Of a stretch of DNA of 64,000 bases, positions 19,201-27,792 are shown piece by piece. The stretch's first letter is position 1. Every line of letters starts with the position of its first letter. The notes under the pieces are model-generated. The model did not search any database. It saw only the letters and a list, made by a program, of their open reading frames with translations, and was not told the DNA's origin. This stretch comes from a virus (taxonomy: Duplodnaviria; Heunggongvirae; Uroviricota; Caudoviricetes), in the IMG/VR virus record IMGVR_UViG_3300046787_000302, positions 64,001-128,000 of that record. The stretch is one strand, 5' to 3'. The position numbers and the translations under genes were made by a program.

Positions 19201-21737
19201 TCCAGAATCTTTTAGAAGAGATTGTATTACAGAAAAACAAAGGTAAAGGTGGTGTTGATAACTATGGTAAGATTAAGTTTGCTGCGATGGCTCAAAACAT
19301 CATGGAAAACTTAAAAGCTTATATTGATAGTACACAAGACTCTGGTTTTATTACTGATGATTTAGTTAGTGAAAGAAACAGATTGCTTATTGGTACTGAT
19401 AAGAATCCTTCTTTGGCTGAGCGTATTGTTCAAGCTTCAATCAAGCATCCTGAGTTAAGAAACAACTACTTCTTTGCAAGGTTAAAACCTGTTATTCCTA
19501 CTTCTAAATCAAGAATGAGTATTAAAGGTGTTCAGTACAAATCGCCTTTTAGTCAAGACATTGATGAGCTATCTAATAATAAAGGCTTCTTAGATCTTAT
19601 CTTGAACGAGAATGAAGATATATCAAGCATCGGTAAAGACTTGATTAAGTATGCTTATGTTACAGGTGCTAGTGCTGATAAGTCTTCTTTCTTTAGATAC
19701 ATACCTATTGAGTTAAGACTACTTAATAAGAAGCACTTAGAACACGTTAGTAAGTTCCAGGAAACGTTTAAGATGAACGTTGATAACTTCTATGATCAGT
19801 TTATCATGAACAATCCTGATATGGCTTCTTATGTTGATAGAAAAGCTTTTACTGCTTTAAACAATCCATCAACGATTACTAGAGGTTCTAATGATGAGTT
19901 TATCTACTCCTTGCCAAAAGGTAGAGAAGATCTAATGATTGCTGGTAGTATTGATGATTTAGTTAGTGGTAATAAGTCAACTGTAAAGACTTATCCTAAG
20001 TTTATACGTCATATTAGTAACAATCAGTTGTTTTTGTTTAAACGTATTGGAGAAAGATCTTATAAGAGAATATCAACGTTAGGTACAGAACTAGCATCTG
20101 AATATGAGTTAGGTGTTAATGCAGATCAGATGACATCTGTTCACTTTGCTAACTTACTCCCATCTCAAAAGCTTAACCGTATTGTTACTAATGAAGAGAA
20201 TCCTTTTATTATTTTTTCTGGTAATGTAAGTTTAGTTACAGATGAAGCTGATTTAGCAAACTATGCAACAACTGCAGTTAGTTACCCAACAGATCCTAAT
20301 AACCCTCAAGCAAAACATAGAATACTATCAACAGTATACAAGACTAACATAAACAACGAAGAGTTTACAGACAAAGACGTTGTGTTATTTAATGGTGATA
20401 GATTCATTGATGTTTTACCAGGCGATGCTAAACTAAATCATATCACTCGCCGTGATGCAATAGATACTTTATCTACGGTATTTGAAGAGATGTACAAGCC
20501 TAAGTTAGAAAGTGTAATAAAAGCAAAAGCTTCTGTTGTACTTTATACAAAAGCTGAGGGTATCTCAACAATGATACAATCTTATCTTGAAGGTAAAGGT
20601 TATAAAGCATCTGAGATTGGTCAGTTCAATAATGTATTGATGACTTATGGTGAGCCAGGTACAGTACCTTCATCAGAAGAGTTTACTCCTTTCTCTGAAC
20701 CAGATGATCTATTTACACCAGATGGTTTTATTGCAGGTATTGATGAAGATGTTGATGTAGTACCAATGAGTATGTTTGGTCTTGCTAGTGGTCCTGACCC
20801 TGAAGTTTTCTTGAGTGGTGAAGTTTCTTCTGCTACTGAAGGGTCTGCAGTAGAGTCTGATCAACAAGTCTTTGAGAAATACATCCCAGATACTAATGGA
20901 GTTAATACTCTTGCTTCTGTCTTGACTAAGTTAAAAGCAAATACAAACAACGACTTCTACAAGATTCTTATCGATAGCTTAAAAGCAACTGGTGATGTAT
21001 CAAAGATATCTGTTGTTCTTTCAACAAGTATTACTGATCCTGCACTTTATAATACAATCACTAATCAGATTGTTATTAACCCAGACTTAGCTTTAACAGA
21101 TAACAGTACTAAGTCAAGAGCTGAAAATCTTGAAGACTTGATTGTTCATGAGTTACTGCATGGTTATACAGCTCAGTCATTGTTTAAACTATCATCAAAA
21201 GGTGCTAAGTTTAATGTTGAAGGTGAGCGTATGTACGCTACTTCAGTAAAGAAACTATTCTTACTTGCGCAAGAGTCTGTATTAAAGAACGAAGTTCATA
21301 GTGCAAAGTTAAAATCTGTTATTGCAAAGATTAATGACAGTGTATTTAACACTGAAGCAGACAATCGATTAACAGAAGAAGAAAAGAGCATGTACTATGG
21401 CCTTACATCTGAGCATGAGTTTGTTAGTATGTTAATGACAGATAAGGGATTCCAAGAGTTTATGAATACCATTATGGTTGATTCTTCTGGTAAGTCAGTA
21501 GTATCTAAGTTTGGTGAGATCTTGAAACGTTTACTTACTGCTTTAACAAAAGCTCTTGGTATCCAAGTAAAAACAGACTCAGTTTTAGATCAAGGTATTA
21601 AAAATATAACTAACTTGCTTAGTGTTATCGATAATGCATCTGATACACAAACAAAAGATAACGGTCAGATGCCACTGTTTAGCATTGCAACATCAGATCA
21701 GATTAATGAATACGCTTTAAACAATCAATGTAAATAA
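13221..21737 (+). CDS. Virion-packaged single-polypeptide DNA-dependent RNA polymerase (crAss/phi14:2 gp66-like) with C-terminal zincin-like domain
   Basis: GARIPNQ...S followed by GSDFDVDKL (DFDVD at 17382-17396), matching the DxDxD catalytic loop (DFDID in phi14:2 gp66); HELLH at 21147-21161 with downstream EHEF; 2838 aa. Confidence 0.88.
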   Translation: MACLYNINGSEFSETEVKQLLKSAATLPGNEGLSDDQLLDLVKSAVEDRFVNINLFNLVQEQSITNAIFSQFVDEIGLLKPGGKYEKSSRILFAEIKSKLKNSALKIKYFTDNIAKDEESYNKLKESANEAMLAKIPELGILDYKEFSYLGELLDNVTDDINFDRFTEQVAIKLNRLGLRINTDSQVEDFGLTADYYESLLVDSGELFGDDDVDVEDNSVNESFTDARSFQMNPKDTATTRVKLLFSSIKSDKANLLGLADFVAYDQVFEDLLVLGAGLQHVTYDALQEALIEKAQVKPYLLNVHKKLGQLQAENNVQLINEVLTVINKAYTDHTMLLWKQSEEGGISMRVISSNRNSVIRQIKTDWLELQKMSVLITKNKFGNLVINTDLANKLKEEYLEVRQGNSITKKKEFLKKLFASMNIPVDDAYITHINDAIKKKRFRTFKTSTLSDMFSTGNIVDNIITTLTKDVDTQSEAANYEDKNNPIVHERVFNIFADLYYDLHSDVYQTGSYTNGENKNIFAYVQPSYLETVKKKLKTKEFLDVLANRAYSKSSEAVRRLREDETNSDDSFVFSLSYSDSIKADEKGEIGKVKKNQSQRELILDSYLKHQNNFGKTGYYNTFTLSDKTVAPVLQITKDSLDPASSFAFFRTKPTVRESFEFKDSFKNKLYDLAQAEIDRMIAYATYKKKDKLRIANFETASKIFFLFPVLNNRADGKLNAIRTKIYQGVEPSSEDADYLKTLIGESIKEDVLKELANLTRKNIIVKGSTSVDDNGKVSTNYSFPFFNKIYMNQLSQLDSSHQAIFAIADLKYNFLRAQINTTQVLGADLALFYKESKVVTAEKIKDAFGESLSVNQLLSYNVSAENTPEESAKRKIINDVINSTVLSTTDEFSKRAAMFIAPGSQGTTKWQGTDGKIVDISLYNMLTLKDVVKSNEFFSKIEITDAQEFVTVEEHINRMMSEGRLPLDIYESIKAKIAKAAKNKSYDYTLTDIELGFVLQPTKPVHSSNSEIDGFNEINYVKSSAYPLIPDNTRGSEMNKLRMFMEKNKVGSAAFKSATKTGSPVQLLEVFDTDGNFIEPTKAELAGNIQELSREGLRTQQEIPHQKELINVVSQMDRQLFEGSLDVTDFELAGQKFNTAQFKSLKERIRTELFERNASELLERIGITINEDFVTFKSERSLARLLKEEAIDRNMSINDIKAIATNKNGKLVIPVYLLSNSAKFEGLLTSLFSKVVKLKVTGTSLVQVSAVGTKLSESELSDKIKNEIVYTEYYDPEKGLQYIRRTKAAKNRKAKTEAAQVFVSQYLKDEDGNLINLKDYAEADASGRLVLDQDRIPSKLLELIGARIPNQLHSSMLPIVVAGFLPSYMENTIIVPDGITAQMGSDFDVDKLYAYLSNPTYNYKYTATVEIDALKEQKKTILDEYKDSIQKLDDELKGLLNDEQQSEIKKLNDSIDKYRARLGYKNLAEKEREQKQRILDSLYEKRSAIYDEVASGSERKKLNQAKYKLKQERAAKLSEINDKIKEIRKNNIESLDVVNYALNEDMSVRNLNTFDLSQLSESELLEMYKDIHWSVLNHAKTFDKITTSIDLSDYEDEKKYFYENGIVELPTNFLPFDYNTQINTFLDNRSGKLGTGIFAQLLSFLAEHQDKKNVAFGSTGITIIKDNGEEILLNRLTAEGSTTFKSDATLNTLTRTKTQNVSASLNESLDNAKNKNLNVFNINSLSMAPAKLLLSLSSDQGEIADIRYVTRFFPQYILKYLNEQEEIAKDSFSTRKMYSSDVIKEVKFKFINLLTPQAQDLATPENIEKVMLHSPDELLNLLKQEARLRPRLNQLMLAYDPAVVKMQPVERKELDEYIMKQLGILTYYERLQSYSVPQSTLMNNSNVISQGIGSDLFSFLNKYRKFQSISRAADSVNGEGLPVVIQNPYGEAEVVDNLINIGDIFGTFEVDDMTGTVDFKPTTQTGHAVNNSLVLAHKVLSKIAPIHFDPVFQNLLEEIVLQKNKGKGGVDNYGKIKFAAMAQNIMENLKAYIDSTQDSGFITDDLVSERNRLLIGTDKNPSLAERIVQASIKHPELRNNYFFARLKPVIPTSKSRMSIKGVQYKSPFSQDIDELSNNKGFLDLILNENEDISSIGKDLIKYAYVTGASADKSSFFRYIPIELRLLNKKHLEHVSKFQETFKMNVDNFYDQFIMNNPDMASYVDRKAFTALNNPSTITRGSNDEFIYSLPKGREDLMIAGSIDDLVSGNKSTVKTYPKFIRHISNNQLFLFKRIGERSYKRISTLGTELASEYELGVNADQMTSVHFANLLPSQKLNRIVTNEENPFIIFSGNVSLVTDEADLANYATTAVSYPTDPNNPQAKHRILSTVYKTNINNEEFTDKDVVLFNGDRFIDVLPGDAKLNHITRRDAIDTLSTVFEEMYKPKLESVIKAKASVVLYTKAEGISTMIQSYLEGKGYKASEIGQFNNVLMTYGEPGTVPSSEEFTPFSEPDDLFTPDGFIAGIDEDVDVVPMSMFGLASGPDPEVFLSGEVSSATEGSAVESDQQVFEKYIPDTNGVNTLASVLTKLKANTNNDFYKILIDSLKATGDVSKISVVLSTSITDPALYNTITNQIVINPDLALTDNSTKSRAENLEDLIVHELLHGYTAQSLFKLSSKGAKFNVEGERMYATSVKKLFLLAQESVLKNEVHSAKLKSVIAKINDSVFNTEADNRLTEEEKSMYYGLTSEHEFVSMLMTDKGFQEFMNTIMVDSSGKSVVSKFGEILKRLLTALTKALGIQVKTDSVLDQGIKNITNLLSVIDNASDTQTKDNGQMPLFSIATSDQINEYALNNQCK

Positions 21738-21739
21738 GT

Positions 21740-24700
21740 ATGGCTTGTCTTATCAAAAGAAAAAACGGTTTAATCTCTGAAGTATATCTTCCAGGTGGAA
21801 AAACTCCGTCAACTTCTTACTATGATATCTTAAATACAATAGAGACAAAAGGTGTACCGGCTGAACATGCTGGTAACCTTAATGCGTCTTTACAAAAGCT
21901 AAGAGGTAAGTATATTAAGAACACAACTCAATCAAGTGAAGTAGCTTTGGGTATATACTTAACAATGTATACACCAAAGTTTCAATCTTGGTATGGTCAG
22001 TGGGCTGTTGAGCCAACTATTAACTCTGATTTTACAGTTACAAAAGACGGTGTTAAGCGTTCATTGTTTGACTTCATGGAGTTTACTCACTCATTAGACG
22101 CTAAGCTATACTCAAGAAGAACAAAGTCTTTAAAAGGATTGCTTCCAACAGTAAAGCTGATGCGTGATGAGTTAAAAGATCGTATCAAACAACATATTGA
22201 CGCTAGAGAAAGAGCAAAGCTTAATAAAGATTACACGAGAGAACAGAAGATTGAGCGTGAGAAGTATTACAATGCTTTGATCAAACGTCTTAATGAGCAG
22301 ATTGATACTATACAGAAAGAGAACAGTATCAAGATAGTTGTATCTCAAGGTCTTGCCGATATCGAAACTATTCGCGAGATGCTTTCTGGGTCAGTTGTTT
22401 CTCTTAGTGAGCTATTACTTGCTGATGATATTATAAAGACATGGACAAACTTAGAGCGTTTGTTTAACATCCCTAATATCATGGAAGTACCTGCTGATAA
22501 AGACGGTACGTTTACTACTAGAGATACATTGATTGAGATTAACAATGCAGCTAGATCTTTTGATAACAAGATTGCTTACTTTGCAAAGCAAGAGTTGATA
22601 AACAAGATTAACAAAAACGCAAAGGAAGGACAAGAGATTACGATTCGAGATATTGAATCAATGAAAGATGTTAGTAAGATCCAGTTATATACTCGTGATA
22701 TTACTACTGTTGATAACAAGCTTGTTGGATATCTTGCCAAGTTGATTACTCAAGTTAATATGCGTATTGAGAAAGAGCATAACCGTAACTATAGAAAGAT
22801 TGACGAAGAGACTGATAAGATAAAAGAACATCCTTTGTTTAAGCAGCTTGGCTTTGATTTATTCATAAAAGAGCAAACAACAAAAGATGGCTTTGGTCAA
22901 GAGACTAAAACACTTGGTTTTAAAGGTAGATTTTCTCAGGACTGGTATGAAGCTGTAAAGAAAAGATATCGCTTACTAAAAGAGAATCTAGATACAGCAA
23001 AGGACAACAAAGAAGTTGTTACTGCTATCTGGGCTGATCACAACAGATGGGTAAAAGAAAATACTATTGCTTTTAACTCATCTCCTTTTATCAATACAAA
23101 GGCTCATACTGACGAAGAACGATTAGCTATTATTAATAGCTTAAAGGTTCAAGGTTTTACTGCTGAGGAAATAAACGACTTTGTTAAACAATCAAGAGCT
23201 CGTTATAGTCAGTATCTTAAAGATGCAGAGACTTTTGGTATCAGTCTTCAAGATGATATCATAAAAGAAATAGTAGTGCTTCAACCTGAAGATGGTACTG
23301 AAGAAGAGTATATCCAAAAGCAAGTTGAAGAGTGGAAGAAGATTAACGACCCTATTGCTTATAACGATCTAATAAACGGAGCTTTAAAGTTCTCAGAAGC
23401 TGGTATTACAAAAGGTAGTAAGTACTCTATTAAGATTCCTCGTAAGATGATTGATGGTAGTGAGACAAGCTACTATGATCAAGACTTTGCAAAGATTGCT
23501 GCAGATAAAGATCTATACAACTTCTATGTATTCTTCCGTGACTTTATGAAGGAACAGCTTTCATATTTACCTGAAGACGAGATTGATTCTTTACAGTCTA
23601 ATTTCTTACCAGTAGTAACGGAGCGTTTAAGTAAAGAGTATGGCCTTACTAGTTTAAAAGAAGGTATAAAGGGTATGGATGATTGGTTCTTTAAGAACTT
23701 AACAACTATTGATTATCAAACTGCAGGTAAAGCAGACCCTATCAGTGGTATAACAAGACATGGTTTTACTCCTCGTTTTATAAATGAGAACGTCCCAGTA
23801 GAGCAGCGTAGTAAAGACCTTAATACTATTGCTAAGCTGTTTAGCGATATGGCTCTTATCTATAAGCATAAGATTGCTGTTCAAGATACAGTTGATAGTA
23901 TAAACAATATTGTTCAATCAGCAACAGCTTCAACAGAATCAGTAAGATTAAAAGGAGATAAGGTAGTAAGTAAAGCTCCAAAGAACTTACAAGAGATGGT
24001 TGATAGCACAGTACTAAGAGCTTTCTATCGAGTTAATCCTGAAGCTCAGGGTGTTATGGATAGACCTTTCTACAACTCATTAGAATTATTAACACTTGGT
24101 ACATATAAGTCAGAGAAATATAAGCAAGCAAAAGCTCTTGAAGAAGAGATAGCAAAGCTTAATCAAGAGTTAGAGACAAACAATAAGCTAACTACAGCTG
24201 ATCGTAAGCTAATCGAAAAGAACATTCAGTTAAAAGTAGATGCTTACTATGAACTAGGTGGTAGAAACCTTAGTGTTAGTAGTGTTGTTGATGCAATGAA
24301 TAAGTTTACAAGAGAAAAAGGTATTGCCTTTAACCCATTCTCAGCTATCCGTAACTTAGCTGTTGGTGGTGTCAATAACTGGATTCATGCAAAAGGTAAA
24401 GAGGACTTTGATAGTGCACAGATGGCAAAAGCAACTGCAATGCTAAAAGGATCTATCACTAAGTATATGTCATGGGGAACAGTTGAGTCAAAGATGTCTG
24501 AGAAGATTCTAAGAATGATGCTTGACACAAAGACTATTGAAGGAGAAGATAATACTTTTGCTAGTACTATAAAAGGACTTAATGGTCAAAGCACTATTGA
24601 TGCTATAAAGAACGCTATCCCAAGTCCTTTTGCTTTGATGAAGTCAACAGACTACTTCTTTAGATCACAGACAGCTTTATCAATGTTGTTAAACACAAAA

Positions 24701-25558
24701 GTGACAACAACAAAAGGTGAGTTTAACCTATTTGAGATTCTTGATAATAACTTAGAAGTTAATACAGAAGAGTTTGGTGAGTGGAATGCTGAAGCAAACG
24801 AAGGTCAAAGTTTTGATGAGTTTTATGAATCAAGCATGATGAAGATTAACCAGGTATCAAAGAAACTACACGGTTTCTCTGGAGATGTTCAGTCATTAGC
24901 TGGTAAGGATAACATTATTGGTCGTGTGCTTTTTGTGTTTAGATCATGGTTGCCGGAAACGTTAGCTACTCGTTTTGAGAGTAAACGATATGATCCTATA
25001 TTAGAGAGAGATAGTGAAGGTTACTATAGAACATTTTTTGGTAACTTCATTAATGATAATGGATTGCGCATAAAAGATTCTATAGCAGAGATCATTGCTG
25101 CTTTAAAAACAGGAGAAGTAGAAGGACTTACTCCATTACAGGTAGCAAACATTAGAAAGATGATGGCTGAGTTAGCCGCTATCCTTGTGTTGACTGCTTC
25201 AGTAATGGCTTTATCAGCTTTACTTGGTAGTGATGACGATGATGAGGATAAGAAGTATGTTAACATACTCTTAAACCAGCTGATCTTGTTAAATCGTGAC
25301 TTAACATATTACATTAATCCATCTTCTGCAGGTGAGTTACTTCAGAACTTTGTTCCTATAACAGCTACACTTAATCAGACTACACAAGCAATTGTTGCGT
25401 CATCGTATTATTTAGCTCAAGTAGAAAAGACAGATGAAGAAGGAGTTCTTCAGTATGACGGTGAAAGAACATTACTAAAGATTAGTAAAGCTTTACCTTA
25501 TGTAAACAACGTTAACAGAGTAATATACTACTCAGGTCAAATGGGTAGCGTTAGATAA
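21740..25558 (+). CDS. Giant virion/ejected protein (1272 aa)
   Basis: Long helical ORF starting MACL, with a hydrophobic helix near the C-terminus (LAAILVLTASVMALSALLG) and an FRSWLP motif; last gene of the ejection block. Confidence 0.65.
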   Translation: MACLIKRKNGLISEVYLPGGKTPSTSYYDILNTIETKGVPAEHAGNLNASLQKLRGKYIKNTTQSSEVALGIYLTMYTPKFQSWYGQWAVEPTINSDFTVTKDGVKRSLFDFMEFTHSLDAKLYSRRTKSLKGLLPTVKLMRDELKDRIKQHIDARERAKLNKDYTREQKIEREKYYNALIKRLNEQIDTIQKENSIKIVVSQGLADIETIREMLSGSVVSLSELLLADDIIKTWTNLERLFNIPNIMEVPADKDGTFTTRDTLIEINNAARSFDNKIAYFAKQELINKINKNAKEGQEITIRDIESMKDVSKIQLYTRDITTVDNKLVGYLAKLITQVNMRIEKEHNRNYRKIDEETDKIKEHPLFKQLGFDLFIKEQTTKDGFGQETKTLGFKGRFSQDWYEAVKKRYRLLKENLDTAKDNKEVVTAIWADHNRWVKENTIAFNSSPFINTKAHTDEERLAIINSLKVQGFTAEEINDFVKQSRARYSQYLKDAETFGISLQDDIIKEIVVLQPEDGTEEEYIQKQVEEWKKINDPIAYNDLINGALKFSEAGITKGSKYSIKIPRKMIDGSETSYYDQDFAKIAADKDLYNFYVFFRDFMKEQLSYLPEDEIDSLQSNFLPVVTERLSKEYGLTSLKEGIKGMDDWFFKNLTTIDYQTAGKADPISGITRHGFTPRFINENVPVEQRSKDLNTIAKLFSDMALIYKHKIAVQDTVDSINNIVQSATASTESVRLKGDKVVSKAPKNLQEMVDSTVLRAFYRVNPEAQGVMDRPFYNSLELLTLGTYKSEKYKQAKALEEEIAKLNQELETNNKLTTADRKLIEKNIQLKVDAYYELGGRNLSVSSVVDAMNKFTREKGIAFNPFSAIRNLAVGGVNNWIHAKGKEDFDSAQMAKATAMLKGSITKYMSWGTVESKMSEKILRMMLDTKTIEGEDNTFASTIKGLNGQSTIDAIKNAIPSPFALMKSTDYFFRSQTALSMLLNTKVTTTKGEFNLFEILDNNLEVNTEEFGEWNAEANEGQSFDEFYESSMMKINQVSKKLHGFSGDVQSLAGKDNIIGRVLFVFRSWLPETLATRFESKRYDPILERDSEGYYRTFFGNFINDNGLRIKDSIAEIIAALKTGEVEGLTPLQVANIRKMMAELAAILVLTASVMALSALLGSDDDDEDKKYVNILLNQLILLNRDLTYYINPSSAGELLQNFVPITATLNQTTQAIVASSYYLAQVEKTDEEGVLQYDGERTLLKISKALPYVNNVNRVIYYSGQMGSVR

Positions 25559-25560
25559 AA

Positions 25561-25590
25561 GAAGAGGGGCTTTAAGGGCCCCTTTCTTAT
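25561..25590. terminator. Probable bidirectional intrinsic terminator between convergent genes
   Basis: GGGGC-TTTAAGG-GCCCC hairpin with a T-rich 3' flank and an A-rich 5' flank, between the stops at 25558 (+) and 25587 (-). Confidence 0.7.
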
Positions 25591-25781
25591 TCTTTATCTT
25601 CTTCGTACTGTTGTTCAAAGATCCAGTTAAACCTTATTGAGATAAGCAAAAGACCTATTGATAGTTCCTTTCTTATCCATGCATGGTTTTCTGTTTCTTC
25701 TTCGTAACGATTAACCGATATACCTAGCTCAAAGCTAAAGTAATGTGGGTCATGGAATATTAGTTCTAAGCTTGCGAACAT
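25587..25781 (-). CDS. Hypothetical protein (64 aa)
   Basis: ORF fills the gap exactly up to the terminator. Confidence 0.5.
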   Translation of the reverse strand: MFASLELIFHDPHYFSFELGISVNRYEEETENHAWIRKELSIGLLLISIRFNWIFEQQYEEDKE

Positions 25782-25800
25782 ATCTGTGTATTTATAGATG

Positions 25801-25841
25801 AAAAAAAATGCTGCCTTTTACCGTGAGGAGGGTAGGCAGCA
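25801..25841 (-). terminator. Intrinsic terminator
   Basis: On the minus strand: TGCTGCCT...AGGCAGCA stem followed by T8. Confidence 0.75.
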
Positions 25842-25872
25842 ACCGAACTACAGAGTAACACACAATTATATA

Positions 25873-25903
25873 CAAAGATAACCCTTTAGATTATACCTGC
25901 AAG
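25873..25903 (-). promoter_or_regulatory. Bacteroidota sigma70-type promoter
   Basis: Minus strand CTTG-N19-TATCTTTG, close to the TTTG-N19-21-TAnnTTTG consensus. Confidence 0.5.
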
Positions 25904-26560
25904 CTGAGTCTTTACTTTTTGTATCAGATCTTCAATAGATCCATCATTAGTTATCACAATATCAAAGTCCCAGTTATCAAGAGCTGTTTCACTTGCATGC
26001 TCACCAACTTCTTCTCCGGGACGAGTTACTCTAATAACAATACCATTACGCTCTTTTATTGCAAGAGCTTCGTTTGGAAAACGACAGTCTGTAATAAGCC
26101 AGTGTGATGGAAAGTCTTCTCCTGCAACATTAGGTCTAAACTTTGCAAACAAAGCGTTCACCCAAACATTCTTGTGCAGACAATCTCTCATACAGTCAGT
26201 ACCAACTTTTTGTAAGAGTGTTCTTACAGTCATTGGTTCTGGTCTATCTAAGTTTGGATACCAAGTATCCCACTCATGTGACAAGTTAGTCTTTTTAAAG
26301 TCTTGGTCTTCAAAGTTACTGATAGGAATACCTGTTAGTATACTTGCTACTTCTTTTAACTTGTAAGCAAACTTCTTTACTTTCCAGTCTGAGTGATAGT
26401 AGTAACCAAAAGTATCAGGATTCTGATGACCTCTAAGAAAGCTCTCATACGAACGATCTCTTGTAGCATAAGCCTCTGATGTCAAGTACTGTATGATCGA
26501 GCCTACAGTGTCTTTCCCGGAGCCTATCTTGCCGGATATACCTATTAGCGTTCTTTTCAT
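25886..26560 (-). CDS. Deoxynucleoside monophosphate kinase (T4 gp1-like)
   Basis: P-loop GISGKIGSGKDT, RTLLQKVGTD, ITDCRFPNE, HASE motifs. Confidence 0.88.
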   Translation of the reverse strand: MKRTLIGISGKIGSGKDTVGSIIQYLTSEAYATRDRSYESFLRGHQNPDTFGYYYHSDWKVKKFAYKLKEVASILTGIPISNFEDQDFKKTNLSHEWDTWYPNLDRPEPMTVRTLLQKVGTDCMRDCLHKNVWVNALFAKFRPNVAGEDFPSHWLITDCRFPNEALAIKERNGIVIRVTRPGEEVGEHASETALDNWDFDIVITNDGSIEDLIQKVKTQLAGII

Positions 26561-27000
26561 TCTTCTGTTACTTTAAAAGGTATCCTACCAAGATAACAAT
26601 CTTGAGTAAGTCCTAGGTGTTTCTTAAAACTATTAATGCAACTTTGTATGTTATGACTACCAACAGGATTGTGACTATGAACAGCACACTTCTTTGGGGT
26701 AACATGATTATCCATACAGTAGTCTACTAACCACATTGCACAATGTAATCCAGTCTTCTCTTTGTACTCATCATACTTAGGATCCTGGAAACCGTTCTGT
26801 AATACTTGAGCATAGTAGTCATTCATATGCTCTTTACCTAAGTCATGATCAAAAGATATAAAGTCTGGTATACCATTCTTTGTTACATGATCAACAAACT
26901 CATCATAGTTACGTACTACTACCCAAGGATTATATCCAGGTAAATCTTCTATGGGAGTTCGTACATCGTCTAAGTATAGACAGGTTTTTAGTTCATCCAT
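26557..27000 (-). CDS. Cyclic-phosphate-processing receiver-like domain protein
   Basis: LYLDDVRTP, ISFDHDLG, KTGLHCA and VHSHNPVG motifs. Confidence 0.75.
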   Translation of the reverse strand: MDELKTCLYLDDVRTPIEDLPGYNPWVVVRNYDEFVDHVTKNGIPDFISFDHDLGKEHMNDYYAQVLQNGFQDPKYDEYKEKTGLHCAMWLVDYCMDNHVTPKKCAVHSHNPVGSHNIQSCINSFKKHLGLTQDCYLGRIPFKVTEE

Positions 27001-27364
27001 TTGGCTGTGATGTTATTTGTTCTAACTTATCTACTTTTTGCTGTAACTCACTAATAAGATTATACTGTTTATTAAGTATATCGAACAACTCTTGATTGAG
27101 TGCTTCTTTTATTCTACCATACTCATGTAAAGCTTCAATAAAAGTAGTATGCTCTACAGGGCAGCTTGCTATTTGTACATCTTCAATAAAGACATTAAAC
27201 ACCGCTTCTGGATATTGAAAAGTAGCTCTCTTTCCATTATTTACATGCAAATCAATTATGTAAGTACTTGAAGAGAATACTTGCTTTTCAACTCGTATGT
27301 TATCAGTTAACCAAGCAATAATCTCTTTATTCAGAAAGAACTTTGGTTTATCTTCTGGTTTCAT
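26993..27364 (-). CDS. Hypothetical protein (123 aa, C-terminal coiled coil)
   Basis: ORF with tight overlaps to both neighbours. Confidence 0.6.
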   Translation of the reverse strand: MKPEDKPKFFLNKEIIAWLTDNIRVEKQVFSSSTYIIDLHVNNGKRATFQYPEAVFNVFIEDVQIASCPVEHTTFIEALHEYGRIKEALNQELFDILNKQYNLISELQQKVDKLEQITSQPNG

Positions 27365-27792
27365 TTTCCTGTTGAGCCATGACCGCCAGCTCCGCGTTCA
27401 GTTTCTGATAACTCTTCTACTACTAGATATTCTATAAAAGGTACAGGTATGATGATTAACTGAGCAACACGATCACCAACATTATATTTAGTTACAAAAT
27501 CTAGATCATGTTCAGTAACATTAAACGTTACCATTACTTCACCTCTGTAGCCTGAGTCAATAACTCCAACAGAGTTACTCATTGCTAAGTTGTAATTACG
27601 CACAGAAGAACGAGGAAACACAAGTCCTACCATACCTTCAGGAATCTCAACAGCTATTCCTGTACCATATACTACTTGATTCTCTCTTGAGTAATCAACT
27701 GATGTAGCTACAAGATCTGCACCTGCATCACCAGGCTTACCAAACTTTGGTGCTACAGCACTAGGATGTAGCTTTTTTAACTTTACTTTCAT
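27361..27792 (-). CDS. dut: Trimeric dUTPase
   Basis: All five motifs present: AGADL, FPRSS, GVIDSGYRGE, GDRVAQL, RGAGGHGSTG. Confidence 0.96.
   Translation of the reverse strand: MKVKLKKLHPSAVAPKFGKPGDAGADLVATSVDYSRENQVVYGTGIAVEIPEGMVGLVFPRSSVRNYNLAMSNSVGVIDSGYRGEVMVTFNVTEHDLDFVTKYNVGDRVAQLIIIPVPFIEYLVVEELSETERGAGGHGSTGK

Noticed and set aside
2488-25266. The many 60-80 aa ORFs nested in or antisense to the giant structural genes
   Set aside because: No motifs, leaders or promoters; expected by chance given the codon bias of long AT-rich ORFs.
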